NCBI GenBank assembly: GCA_963713075.1
Contig: CAVQKO010000006.1
Span: 644,408-708,407 of the forward strand
From: an uncultured Chloroflexia bacterium
Lineage (GTDB): Bacteria; Chloroflexota; Limnocylindria; Limnocylindrales; CSP1-4
Length of the DNA: 64,000 bases
Direction of reading: 5' to 3'
Positions 49,953 to 61,722 of the stretch are shown here, one piece after another. Below the pieces are notes generated by a model. That model ran no database searches, was not told where the DNA came from, and was given only the letters and a program-made list of their open reading frames with translations. The position numbers and the translations under genes were made by a program. The number at the start of each line of letters is the position of its first letter. The first letter of the stretch is position 1.

Positions 49953-50166
49953 TCGGTGTTGTCCCTGTGCAGTCGGCCCCGGTTCGGCAGACCGGCGGGG
50001 CCGCGTCCGGTCGTGCTGGCCACAGACGCTGCGACCCCCGATCCGGTTTCGCGTCCCGCTCGACCGTGCGCCACCCGCCGCAGGAGGCCTCCTTTTGGTA
50101 GGGTCCGACGTGTCGGGCCCAGGCCGCATCCACGGCGGCCCCGAGCCGGCCGCTCCTGGGGACTGC

Positions 50167-51942
50167 ATGCGGGATCCGGCGGAGGCACTCGTCGAGGAGC
50201 GGGTCGGCGCCGCGCTGCCTGTGGACGCCCGCGCCCACGCGAACGTCCGGATCCTCGCCCGCACCCGGGCCACGGGTCCGGCCCACGACGGCGAGGCCGA
50301 CCTGGTGGTGCTCCAGCCCGACCACGGGCTCCTCGTGATCGAGGTCAAGGGCGGCGAGCCCGGCCGCGACGCCCAGGGCCGCTGGTACGCGGGCGGCCGC
50401 CGGCTCGACCGGTCGCCGTTCGCCCAGGCCGAGGCGGCCAAGCACGACCTGGTCCGGGCCGTGGAGGGCCTGCCCGAGTGGCCACCCGGGCGATCGATGC
50501 GGGCGGGCCACGCGGTGGCCTTCCCGCACGCGGACCTGGCCAGCCTGCCCCGCGGCCACGTGCTCCTCGGGCCGGATGCCGACCGCTCGATCGTGCTCGA
50601 CGCAGCGGCCCTCGAATCGCCAGCCGCGACGCGCGCCGCGCTGGAGCGGATCTGGGAGTTCTGGACAGGGGACGGATCGAAGGGCAGCCCGCTTGAGCCC
50701 CCGCTCTTCGCTGCGGTGGACGCATACCTCTCGCCGACGGTCGCGCTCCGCCGGCTCGTTCGCCGCGATGTGGAGGACGCGAAGGCGCGCCTGGTCGCGG
50801 CGTCGAATGCCCAGCTCTACGTGCTCAACCTGGCGCGCTCGCTCCGGCGGGTCGCGGTGGTCGGGCCGGCCGGCAGCGGCAAGAGCCTGGTGGCCGTCGA
50901 GAAGGCGCGGCGACTGGCGCGCGAGGGCTTCCGGACGCTCTACCTGTGCTTCAACGCCCCGCTCGCAACGAGCGTGCTGCGGGAGGTCGCGGAGGATGAC
51001 CGTCCCGTCGGCCTGCGACCTGTGGTGCACACGTTCCATGGTCTGTGCGAGACGCTGGGGCGCGCCGCGGGGACGCTGCCCCCGAAGCCGCCGGGCTCGG
51101 GCGAGGCGCTGTCGGCATGGTTCGCCAGCCTGCCCGCCGCGCTCGACGCGGCGATCGCCCGGCTGCCCGGCGAGCGGTTCCACGCGATCGTGGTCGACGA
51201 GGGGCAGGACTTCGAGGCTGGCTGGCTGCAGTCGCTCGAGTTCCTGTTCCGGACGCCCGAGGACGGGGTCCTGTGGGTCTTCCACGACCCCGGGCAGGCG
51301 CTGTACCGCGACGATCAGGTGGACCGGCTCACCGCCCTCACGACGCTGTCGATGCCGGAGGACTTCCGCTCGCCCGCACCGGTGGCCGAGCTCGCGGCGC
51401 ACTTCTACCACGGGCCCGAGCCGCCGCTGCCGTACGGCCAGGGCGGCTCCGAGCCGGTCATCGAGGCGGTCGCCCCCGGCCCGCCGACGGTCGATGCCGT
51501 CCGACGCCACCTCCACCGGCTCGTCCACGACGAGGGCGTGCGCGCGTGGGACGTGGCCGTCCTGAGCGGGACGTCGTCGGCCAAGAGCCTCGTCTGGCGA
51601 CAGCGGCGGTTCGGCAACCTCGAACTCTGGAACGGCGCGGTGGACGCGGACGGCGTGTCGCTGGGGTACGCGGCGGAGGACGTGCCCGACGAGCCCAAAG
51701 ACGACGGCGTGGTGCTGTTCGAGACGGTGCGCCGGTTCAAGGGCCTGGAGCGGCCGGTGGTCATCCTGTGCGAGCTGCCCGAGGAGGGGCGCCGCGTCGA
51801 CGAGCTCGTGTACACGGCCCTGACGCGCTCGACGGCCCACCTCGTGGTCATCGCCCCCGCGGCGCTCGCGGCCCGCCTCACGGGCGCGCGGCCCGGGGGC
51901 GCGGCGCCCGTGACACGCAAGCTGGCACGCGGATGGCGATGA
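50167..51942 (+). CDS. NERD-nuclease-domain / SF1 DNA helicase fusion protein
   Basis: Has an N-terminal NERD-like block (DLVVLQPDHGLLVIEVKGG), Walker A (GPAGSGKS), Walker B (VVDEGQD) and C-terminal SF1 motifs (VYTALTRSTAHLVVI). Confidence 0.7.
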   Translation: MRDPAEALVEERVGAALPVDARAHANVRILARTRATGPAHDGEADLVVLQPDHGLLVIEVKGGEPGRDAQGRWYAGGRRLDRSPFAQAEAAKHDLVRAVEGLPEWPPGRSMRAGHAVAFPHADLASLPRGHVLLGPDADRSIVLDAAALESPAATRAALERIWEFWTGDGSKGSPLEPPLFAAVDAYLSPTVALRRLVRRDVEDAKARLVAASNAQLYVLNLARSLRRVAVVGPAGSGKSLVAVEKARRLAREGFRTLYLCFNAPLATSVLREVAEDDRPVGLRPVVHTFHGLCETLGRAAGTLPPKPPGSGEALSAWFASLPAALDAAIARLPGERFHAIVVDEGQDFEAGWLQSLEFLFRTPEDGVLWVFHDPGQALYRDDQVDRLTALTTLSMPEDFRSPAPVAELAAHFYHGPEPPLPYGQGGSEPVIEAVAPGPPTVDAVRRHLHRLVHDEGVRAWDVAVLSGTSSAKSLVWRQRRFGNLELWNGAVDADGVSLGYAAEDVPDEPKDDGVVLFETVRRFKGLERPVVILCELPEEGRRVDELVYTALTRSTAHLVVIAPAALAARLTGARPGGAAPVTRKLARGWR

Positions 51943-51952
51943 TGGGCGGCAG

Positions 51953-54900
51953 ATGAGCCGTGCCGTCCTCGCCCCCGCCGCCCAGACGCCGCCGCCGACC
52001 GCGGAGCAGCGGCGGATCATCGAGGCGCTGGACGGCCCCCTGGTGGTGGTCGCCGGCGCCGGCACGGGCAAGACGCGGGTTGTCGCGGAGCGGGTCAGAT
52101 GGCTCCTCGAGACCCGCGGGCGACGAGCGGCTGGCACCGGCGCCTGGATCGCGGCAGCGCCGGAGGAGCGCCACGGCAGCCCGTTCGACGGGCCGCTCGT
52201 CCCGGAGCAGCTGCTGGTCCTGACGTACAACGTCAAGGCCGCCGCAGAGCTCGCCGAGCGGCTGGACGCTGTCGTGGGACCCACCACGCGCGCGCGGATG
52301 ACGGTCAGCAACTTCCACAGCTTCTGCCAGCACGTCCTGAGCGTGAGTGCCGCGGACGCCGGCCTGCCGTCGATCCCCGACGTCCTCGACGGGCCGGGCC
52401 AGCTGCTCCTGCTGGGGGACCTGCGCCCGGACCTGGGGCTGCGCTACTACAACGAGTTCTCGTACAAGTCGCTCGTCGACTTCATCAACCGGGCGAAGGA
52501 CGAACTGGTCACGCCCGCGGAGGTCGTGGGCTTCGCGGACGCTGAGCGTGCGGCGTACGAGCGCCGATACGGTGGCCGGTACGCGGACGCCGAGGCGCGG
52601 CTACTCGCCGCGGGGAGCCTCGACCCGCTGCGCGCCGTGCAGCGGGCCTACGCGGGGACGCGCTCGGCCGAGCGCGCCGACGCGCTCGGCCTGCCGCCTC
52701 GCAGGTCCGGGCCAGACGATCCTGGGCGGATCGCGGAGCGCGAGGCCCGCCGCACCATGGCCGGCGACGGCTCGGCGCGGGCCATGTTCCAGTTCCCCGC
52801 GGAGGAGGTCCCCCGGATCCTCGCCCTGGCGGAGACCTATGAACGTGACGGCGCCGCGCTCGAGGTGCGGCGCCTCCGGGAGCTCGCAACCGTCTACGCG
52901 GCGTACCAGGCGGAGCTCGCGCGGCGCAACGCCCTGGACTTCGGCGAGCAGATCGCGCTGGTCGCCCGCCTGTTCAAGCAGCGCCCCAACGTGCTGCGCC
53001 GCTGGCAGCGCCAGTACCGCTACATCCTGGTGGACGAGTTCCAGGACGCGAACATCGCGCAGATCGAGCTGGTGGAGCTGCTGGGCCGCACACCCGACCG
53101 CCCGGACAACGTCATGGTGGTCGGCGACGACGACCAGTCGATCTACCGCTTCCGCGGTGCCAGCTTCGCGGCGTTCAGCGAGTTCACCGACCGCTTCGCC
53201 CGCCCGCCCCTCCACGCTCCCGGTGCGCCGCCGCCCGGGCCGCCGCCGGTCCTGCGACTGCAGCGCAACTTCCGCTCGACAGATCGGGTCCTCACCCTCG
53301 CCAACCGCCTGATCGCCTGCAACGCCACGCGGTTCGACCCCGGCAAGCAGCTGTTCGCGGAGCGCGCGGCCGGGGCGCCCGCGGTCCTCCACGTCTGCGC
53401 CAACGAGGAGGACCAGGCGGTCGCGATCATCGACGCCGTGAAGGGGCTTGCCGGGCCTGCCGCCGGACCTGCGGGACGACCCTGGCGCGACGTGGCGGTC
53501 CTGTACCGCAAGCACAAGCACCGCGACGCCATCGTCGACCGGCTCAGGGCGGAGGACATCCCGTACACCGTGGTCGGCGGGCTGGCCCTGTTCGAGACAC
53601 CCGAGATCCGCGACCTGGAGGCGGCCATGCGCGCCATTGCGGACCCGGAGGATGACGCGGCGCTGCTGCGCGTGCTCACGGCCGGCCCGTGGCGGCTCGA
53701 TGCGCTCGAGGTCCTGGCCGTCACGAGGGACGCCAACTTCGACCGGTCGCGCGTTGTGTCCGCGATCGAACGGCTCGTGCGGACCGGTGAGGCGATGCGC
53801 GACGTGCTCGCGGCCGACGCGCCGGCGCCGGACCACGCGTCCACCCACGAGCGGGAGCCCTCTCGTGTGGCGCCGGGCCTGCGCGCCAAGCTGCGTCGTG
53901 TCCAGGGCGTGCTCGACGAGTTGAACCCGCTCACCTGGCGCGAGGGCCCCTACACCGTCGTGGCGCGGTACCTCGAGCGCACCGGCACGGTGCTCGACCT
54001 GCTCTCGACGGGCACGCTCGAGGCCCGGCGCGCGGTGGTCAACATCGCGAGCTTCCTGCGGTTCGCCGCCGCGTGGCAGGAGGCGAACCCGCAGCGGTCG
54101 CTCGCGGACTTCGCCGGCTACCTCGACGCGTACAAGGCGGCCGGCGGCGAGCTGCCCACGAGCGTCGAGCTCTCGGAGGACACCGAGGGCGTGCGGCTGA
54201 TGACGCTGTACCAGGCCAAGGGCCTCGAGTTCCCGGTCGTGGTGGTGCCGAACCTCGTCGAGGGGGAGTGGCCGGTCAAGGAGCAGGGCGGGGGTCTGTT
54301 CCCGCGCGAGCTGCTGCGCGAGCAGCCGCCAGCGGGCGACCTCCACCTCGACGAGGAGCGGCGGCTGCTCTACGTGGCCATCACGAGGGCCCAGGAGCGG
54401 CTGGTCCTGACCACGCACGACCAGGACGGGGCGCGCCGTCCGTCGGTGTTCCTCGACGAGTTGTCCGCCGGAGCGGGCGATGAGCTGGCCGTGGTCGACC
54501 GGACCCGTCGTGCTGCCGCCGAGGGCACCGAATCCGTCGAACCCGTCGAACTCGCCGTGGCCGCCGAGCGCGACGAGCGCGACGAGGCGGAGCCGGACGA
54601 ATGGGCGGCCCCCGAGGACGAGGCAGGTCTGGTGTCAGCGATCGCCGAGGCGCGGCGGGTCCTGCCCCTGCCCACGGCCCGCGAGCGCCGCCTCGCGCTC
54701 CGGCTCCGGGCCGCCGAGCTCGTGGGCCTGCTCGAGGGGACGGCGGCGGGCGACCCCGAGTCGAGCGGCGCCCGCGAGGCGTTCACCTCGCGCCTCGCAG
54801 ATGTCGGCCGGAGCGCCACGCTGCGCGCGGACGAGGCCCGGTCGGCCGGGCTCGATCCGCTCACGTTCCGGGACCTCGCCCTCGATTCGGGCGCCGGCGC

Positions 54901-55687
54901 GAGCCTGTTCGAGGTGGCGCCCCTGCCGCCCCGGTTCTCGTACTCGTCCCTCGATACCTACGAGCGCTGCCCGCTCCAGTACGCCTTCGCCTACGTCTAT
55001 CGCGTCCCGGAGCCCGCCCGGCCGCGGGCCCCGCTCGCCTTCGGCTCGACCGCCCACGAGGCGTTCGAGGCGTTCACGCGGGAGCGGCGCGAGCGGCTGG
55101 CGCGAGGTGAACCCGGGCCCACGCGTGCCGATCTCGAGCAGATGTTCCGCACGCGCTGGCGGCCGCAGGCGTTCGGCGATCGGGAGACCGAGACGGCGTT
55201 CGGGCGCAAGGTCGGCCAGCTGCTCGAGAACTTCTGGACCGGCGAGGTCGCCGCCGTGTCGGAGGCGCTGGCCGAGGAGGCGGAGTTCACGCTCGTCCTG
55301 GACCCGGCCGACGGCACGCCGGCCGTGCGCATCTACGGCGAGATCGACCGGATCGACCGGCTGCCCTCGGGCGGCATCGAGGTCATCGACTACAAGACCG
55401 GCAGCCCGCACTCGCAGAAGGGCGTCCACGACAACCTGCAGCTGACGATCTACGCCCTCGCGTGCCGCGACGCGCTCGGCCTCGGCACGCCTGAGCGGGT
55501 GACGCTCTACTACACGGAGCTGGGCCAGCGGATGTCGACGACCCGGACCGACGAGCAGCTCGATGCGGCGCGCGAAGAGCTCGTGGAGCGCGTCCGGCCG
55601 ATCCGGGCGGGGGTGTTCCACGCGACGCCCGGCGTCGCGTGCCGCAGGTGCGATTTCAGGACGATGTGCCCGGAGCGGGTGCTCTGA
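51953..55687 (+). CDS. UvrD/Rep-like SF1 helicase fused to a C-terminal RecB/Cas4-type PD-(D/E)XK nuclease with a 4-Cys (Fe-S) cluster (AdnB/AddA-like)
   Basis: Has motifs I (GAGTGKT), II (DEFQD), III (GDDDQSIYRFRGA), V (YQAKGLEFPVV) and VI (VAITRAQ). The nuclease block is GEIDRIDR…IDYKTG with CP…CRRC…C. The gene lies 10 nt after the NERD gene stop. Confidence 0.8.
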   Translation: MSRAVLAPAAQTPPPTAEQRRIIEALDGPLVVVAGAGTGKTRVVAERVRWLLETRGRRAAGTGAWIAAAPEERHGSPFDGPLVPEQLLVLTYNVKAAAELAERLDAVVGPTTRARMTVSNFHSFCQHVLSVSAADAGLPSIPDVLDGPGQLLLLGDLRPDLGLRYYNEFSYKSLVDFINRAKDELVTPAEVVGFADAERAAYERRYGGRYADAEARLLAAGSLDPLRAVQRAYAGTRSAERADALGLPPRRSGPDDPGRIAEREARRTMAGDGSARAMFQFPAEEVPRILALAETYERDGAALEVRRLRELATVYAAYQAELARRNALDFGEQIALVARLFKQRPNVLRRWQRQYRYILVDEFQDANIAQIELVELLGRTPDRPDNVMVVGDDDQSIYRFRGASFAAFSEFTDRFARPPLHAPGAPPPGPPPVLRLQRNFRSTDRVLTLANRLIACNATRFDPGKQLFAERAAGAPAVLHVCANEEDQAVAIIDAVKGLAGPAAGPAGRPWRDVAVLYRKHKHRDAIVDRLRAEDIPYTVVGGLALFETPEIRDLEAAMRAIADPEDDAALLRVLTAGPWRLDALEVLAVTRDANFDRSRVVSAIERLVRTGEAMRDVLAADAPAPDHASTHEREPSRVAPGLRAKLRRVQGVLDELNPLTWREGPYTVVARYLERTGTVLDLLSTGTLEARRAVVNIASFLRFAAAWQEANPQRSLADFAGYLDAYKAAGGELPTSVELSEDTEGVRLMTLYQAKGLEFPVVVVPNLVEGEWPVKEQGGGLFPRELLREQPPAGDLHLDEERRLLYVAITRAQERLVLTTHDQDGARRPSVFLDELSAGAGDELAVVDRTRRAAAEGTESVEPVELAVAAERDERDEAEPDEWAAPEDEAGLVSAIAEARRVLPLPTARERRLALRLRAAELVGLLEGTAAGDPESSGAREAFTSRLADVGRSATLRADEARSAGLDPLTFRDLALDSGAGASLFEVAPLPPRFSYSSLDTYERCPLQYAFAYVYRVPEPARPRAPLAFGSTAHEAFEAFTRERRERLARGEPGPTRADLEQMFRTRWRPQAFGDRETETAFGRKVGQLLENFWTGEVAAVSEALAEEAEFTLVLDPADGTPAVRIYGEIDRIDRLPSGGIEVIDYKTGSPHSQKGVHDNLQLTIYALACRDALGLGTPERVTLYYTELGQRMSTTRTDEQLDAAREELVERVRPIRAGVFHATPGVACRRCDFRTMCPERVL

Positions 55688-56120
55688 TCGCCTGCGCGTC
55701 CGGGGTCGCAGGCGGCGCCGGCGGCTCCAGCGGACGGTGCAGCGCGGCGAGCCGCTCGCGGACGACGCCCTCGATGCGGGTGGCGGCCTCCACCGCGATC
55801 GCGTGCTCCCAGAACCGCAGCACGGTCCAGCCCTCGGCCGCCAGGAGCGCGTCCGTCTCGGCATCACGCGCCGCGTTGGCGGCGATCTTCGGGCCCCAGT
55901 AGTCGGGATTCGTGGCCGGCATGTGGAAGTGCTCGGGGCAGCCGTGCCAGAAGCAGCCGTCGAGGAACACCGCGACGCGGGCCCGTGTGAAGACCAGGTC
56001 GGCCGACCGCCGGACGGTCCGCACCGGCCGCACCGCGACCCGATACCGCAGGCCGCGCGCGTGGACGGCCGAGCGCACCGCGAGCTCTGGCCGCGTGTCT
56101 CGTGAGCGGTTCGCCTGCAT
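55656..56120 (-). CDS. vsr: Very-short-patch-repair endonuclease
   Basis: Vsr hallmarks are present: RSRDTRPEL…GLRYR…VFLDGCFWHGCP. Its 3' end overlaps the convergent helicase-nuclease gene by 32 nt. Confidence 0.8.
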   Translation of the reverse strand: MQANRSRDTRPELAVRSAVHARGLRYRVAVRPVRTVRRSADLVFTRARVAVFLDGCFWHGCPEHFHMPATNPDYWGPKIAANAARDAETDALLAAEGWTVLRFWEHAIAVEAATRIEGVVRERLAALHRPLEPPAPPATPDAQAIRAPAPGTSS

Positions 56121-56261
56121 GGTCTTGCGGTTGGCCGCCGACGACGCCCACGAGCCCGCCGGCGGCTCGTAGCCGACGGGGCTGCTGCTGGCGGGCTTCG
56201 GCCTGGCGCGTCGCTTGGACACGTCCACAGGGTAGGGGAGTGGCGGTCCCCGCCGCGCGCG

Positions 56262-56432
56262 TCAGCGCCCCCCGTAACGCTCGGCCTCCTCCGTGTCGAA
56301 GTTGATCGCCGCGTCGCACTCGAGGCACACGGGCGGGTCCCAGTCACCCGCCTCGGGCAGGTCCGTCCGTCCGCACGTGGCACACACGAATGGCGCCCCG
56401 GCACCAGCATCGTCGTCGGCCGGATGGGCCAT
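56262..56432 (-). CDS. Small zinc-ribbon protein (56 aa, CxxC…CxxC)
   Basis: The protein is MAHPADDD…VCATCGRT…VCLECDAA. Its RBS is weak, and an alternative upstream start would give 76 aa. Confidence 0.4.
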   Translation of the reverse strand: MAHPADDDAGAGAPFVCATCGRTDLPEAGDWDPPVCLECDAAINFDTEEAERYGGR

Positions 56433-56654
56433 GCGCGGCGGCCACGGCGGAGGTTCCGCACCGTCGGCCTGGCGCGAGAAGGGCCATCGCATGGGCACAT
56501 CCTCGACGGGCCGCGTGACAGCTTGGGTGTCACGGTTCGGGCGGTCCCCGGGCCGCGAGCGTCCCACGCACCTCAGCGCAGGCTCATGGGCCGCTCGCGG
56601 GGCCCCGCTCGCGCTTCGCTGCCCAGCGCCGCCATCGGGCCTAGACTCGGGAGC

Positions 56655-57578
56655 ATGCGATACGTCGAAACGGACGGTCTGCGGGTGTCGCGGATCGGGC
56701 TCGGGACCTGGCAGTTCGGGTCCCGCGAGTGGGGCTACGGCGAGCAGTACGCGACCGAGACGGCGCCCGCGCTGCTCCGCCGCGCGATTGAGCTCGGCAT
56801 CACGATGTTCGACACCGCCGAGGCGTACGGCCCCGGCCGCTCCGAGGCGATCATCGGTGACGAGTTCGGCGGCCTCGAGGACGGCCAGCGCGCCGGGCTC
56901 ACGGTGGCGACAAAGCTGATGCCCCTGGCCCCGGCCGAGGTGATCGTCGCGAAGCAGTGCGCCGGCAGCCGGCGGCGTCTGAGGATGGACCGGCTCGACC
57001 TCTACTACGTCCACTGGCCGAACTCGTTCGTCTCGCCGCGGCGCGTGGGCCAGGCGGTGCGGCCGCTGCTCGAGGCCGGCCTCGTCCGCCGCTTCGGCGT
57101 GAGCAACCACTCGGTGGCACAGTGGCAGGTGTTCGAGCGCGGGCTCCGCGCCAAGGCGGTCGCGAACCAGGTGCGGTTCAGCCTGATCTCGCCGCAGCCC
57201 GCCGACGAGCTGGTCCCGTACGCGCACGAGCAGGACCGCCTGATCGTGGCCTACTCGCCGATCGGGCAGGGCGTGCTGGCCGGCCGCTCGCCGCGATCGC
57301 TGCCGTGGATCCGCCGAGGCGGGCCGCTGATGGCGCGCGTCGGCGGGCGGTCGAGCGTGGACCAGCTCCAGCAGGCGCTCGCCGAGGTCGCGATCGCCAA
57401 CGGGGCGACGCCGGCGCAGGTCGCCCTCGCCTGGGTCGTGTCGCACCCCAACACGGTGGCCATCCCGGGCGCGAGGACGCTCGAGCAGCTCGAGCAGAAT
57501 GCCGCGGCCGCCGACCTGGTGCTCGCCGACGACCAGCTGGCGCGCCTGACCGAGGTGTCGCGAGCCTTCGCGCGCTGA
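56655..57578 (+). CDS. Aldo/keto reductase
   Basis: AKR motifs (GLGTWQFG, FDTAEAYG, LDLYYVHWP) are present. The product is 307 aa. Confidence 0.85.
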   Translation: MRYVETDGLRVSRIGLGTWQFGSREWGYGEQYATETAPALLRRAIELGITMFDTAEAYGPGRSEAIIGDEFGGLEDGQRAGLTVATKLMPLAPAEVIVAKQCAGSRRRLRMDRLDLYYVHWPNSFVSPRRVGQAVRPLLEAGLVRRFGVSNHSVAQWQVFERGLRAKAVANQVRFSLISPQPADELVPYAHEQDRLIVAYSPIGQGVLAGRSPRSLPWIRRGGPLMARVGGRSSVDQLQQALAEVAIANGATPAQVALAWVVSHPNTVAIPGARTLEQLEQNAAAADLVLADDQLARLTEVSRAFAR

Positions 57579-57671
57579 GGGCACCCCTCCGCGGCGAGCG
57601 ATCCTGCCCGAGCCCGCGCCCGCCAGCCCGCGGACAACCCTGCGGTGAGCCGCCGCTGCTAGCCTTCGCCC

Positions 57672-59759
<2,088 letters not shown>

Positions 59760-59808
59760 CGACGCCGCCGGCGCGGCCGGCGGCGTCGCCGAGGAGGGGG
59801 TGTCGTGT

Positions 59809-61400
59809 CTAGCGGAGCACGATGAAGGCGTCGAGCGTGGTGCGCTTGCCTGACTGCCCGTTGACGATCTTGATCGTCCGGGTGCCGGAACCGCTCCACA
59901 GGCCGCGGTAGATCACCTGTCCGTAGGCGATCGAGCTGCGGTAGAGCGAGAACTTGCCCTTGAAGACGCCGTTCACGTAAACCCGGACGTAGCCGCCCGT
60001 CGACATCTTGGGGGCGACGTAGGCCACCTGCATCCCGGTGAACTTGAGCTGCGCGTACTTGCCGTACACGGTGTCGAGCTTGTAGCCGCTGCCCGACGAC
60101 GCCGAGGCGCTGCGGTATGTCCACGTGCCCGTGTAGGTCACCGACTTCGACGTCTCCTGGTAGGCCGCGAGCGAGTGCGTGGTCGTCGTGGCCCAGCCGG
60201 AGGTGTTGCCGATGCCGTCAGTGGCCCGGACGCGCCAGGCCAGGGCGGTGCTGAAGTGGTACGTCTTGATGATCGAGGTGGCGGCGCCCGTGTAGATCGT
60301 GGTCCAGGCGCCGGTGCCCACTCTGGCCTGAACCTGGTAGGAGGCCACGCCTGTCTCGGCGTCGGAACCTGACCACGAGATCTGGATCGTGGCGGCCTCG
60401 TTGACCGCGGCGCTGCCGAGGGTCAGCGTCGGCACGCCCACGACGGGCGGGGTGACGTCGGCGCTGACCGTGACGTCCATCGTGGCCGTGTTGGAGTCGA
60501 GCGACCCGTCGTTCGCCTTGAAGGTGAAGCTGTCGGCGCCGGCGAACGTGCCGTTCTCGGGCATGTACGTCCATGACCCGTCATCGTTGACCACGGCGGT
60601 CCCGTGCGCCGCCTGGTCCACCAGCGTGTAGGTCAGGTCGGGGCTGTCCACGTCGGTGCAGGCGAGCGTGCCCGACTGCACGGCGCCCACGCGACCGAGC
60701 GAGGTGACTGGGCTCGCGCACACCGGGGCGTCGTTCACCGCGCTGACGGTCAGGTTCATCGTCGCCGTGTTGGAATCGAGCGACCCGTCGTTCGCCTTGA
60801 ACGTGAAGCTGTCAGGCCCGTTGTAGTTGGCGGCCGGCGTGTAGGTCCACGAGCCGTCCGCGTTGACGACGGCCGTGCCGTGGCTGGCCTGCGCCACGCG
60901 TGCGTACGAGAGGTTGGCGCTGTCCACGTCGGTGCAGGCGAGCGTGCCCGACTGCTGCGTGTCCTCGTTGCCGCTCGAGGTGAGCGGCGTGGCGCACACC
61001 GGCGCGTCGTTGACGGCGGTGACGCTCACGTAGAGGTGCCCCTGGACGACGTTGCTGCCGTCGCTCACGTTGAACCACGTGGACGCCGACCCGCTGGCGT
61101 TTGCCGCCGGCGTGAACGTCACGTCGCCCGTGGCCGAGGTGAAGGTCAGGTTGCCGAACGAGGGGGCGAAGTTCGCGAACGAGATGATGCTGAGGGTGTC
61201 CTCCTCGGGGTCCGTGGCGCCCGTGAGGAGGTTGCCGTCGAGCGGCGTGTCCTCGAGGGTCGTCAGGTGGACGTCCGGGACGGTGGGCGCCGATCCGCTT
61301 GCCACCGCCGCGCCTGGGCTGAACATGGCTGCCACCAGGGCCGCTCCCACCACGGCCGGGACCACCCCTCGCCTGGTTCGAGTGCCGCGCTCGACTCTGT
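59809..61400 (-). CDS. Secreted protein with two tandem about 100-aa Ig/cadherin-like repeats and a C-terminal beta domain
   Basis: A signal-like segment (VVPAVVGAALVAAMFSPGAAVASG) precedes duplicated VNDAPVCA…TLACTDVDS…FTFKANDGSLDSNTATM modules. The start is uncertain and may be the GTG near 61400. Confidence 0.6.
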
Positions 61401-61722
61401 GCACGGGGACTCCTCTTCCCTGGGCGGGAGCACCTCGCCGCCGCCCCTCTGCTCCATCGTCCGGTGAGCCGGACGGCTCTGGGCCCGCTGGAGCCGTGTC
61501 TGAGGCACGGCACGCGTCCCGGTTCGGTCGCTGAGGGACGGCCACTGGCGGTCTGGCATGATCCGCGCAGGGAAGCGAACGACCCGCCGCGCTCGGGCGT
61601 CGGGCGTATCGTCACCGGTCCGCGGCGCCCCGGCCAGAGCCAGAAGGTCCTCCCCCATTCGGGGGGTTCGCCGAGGCCGCGCCGGGCCCCGGCGGGGCGA
61701 CCGGCCCGGCTGCGGTGCGTCC

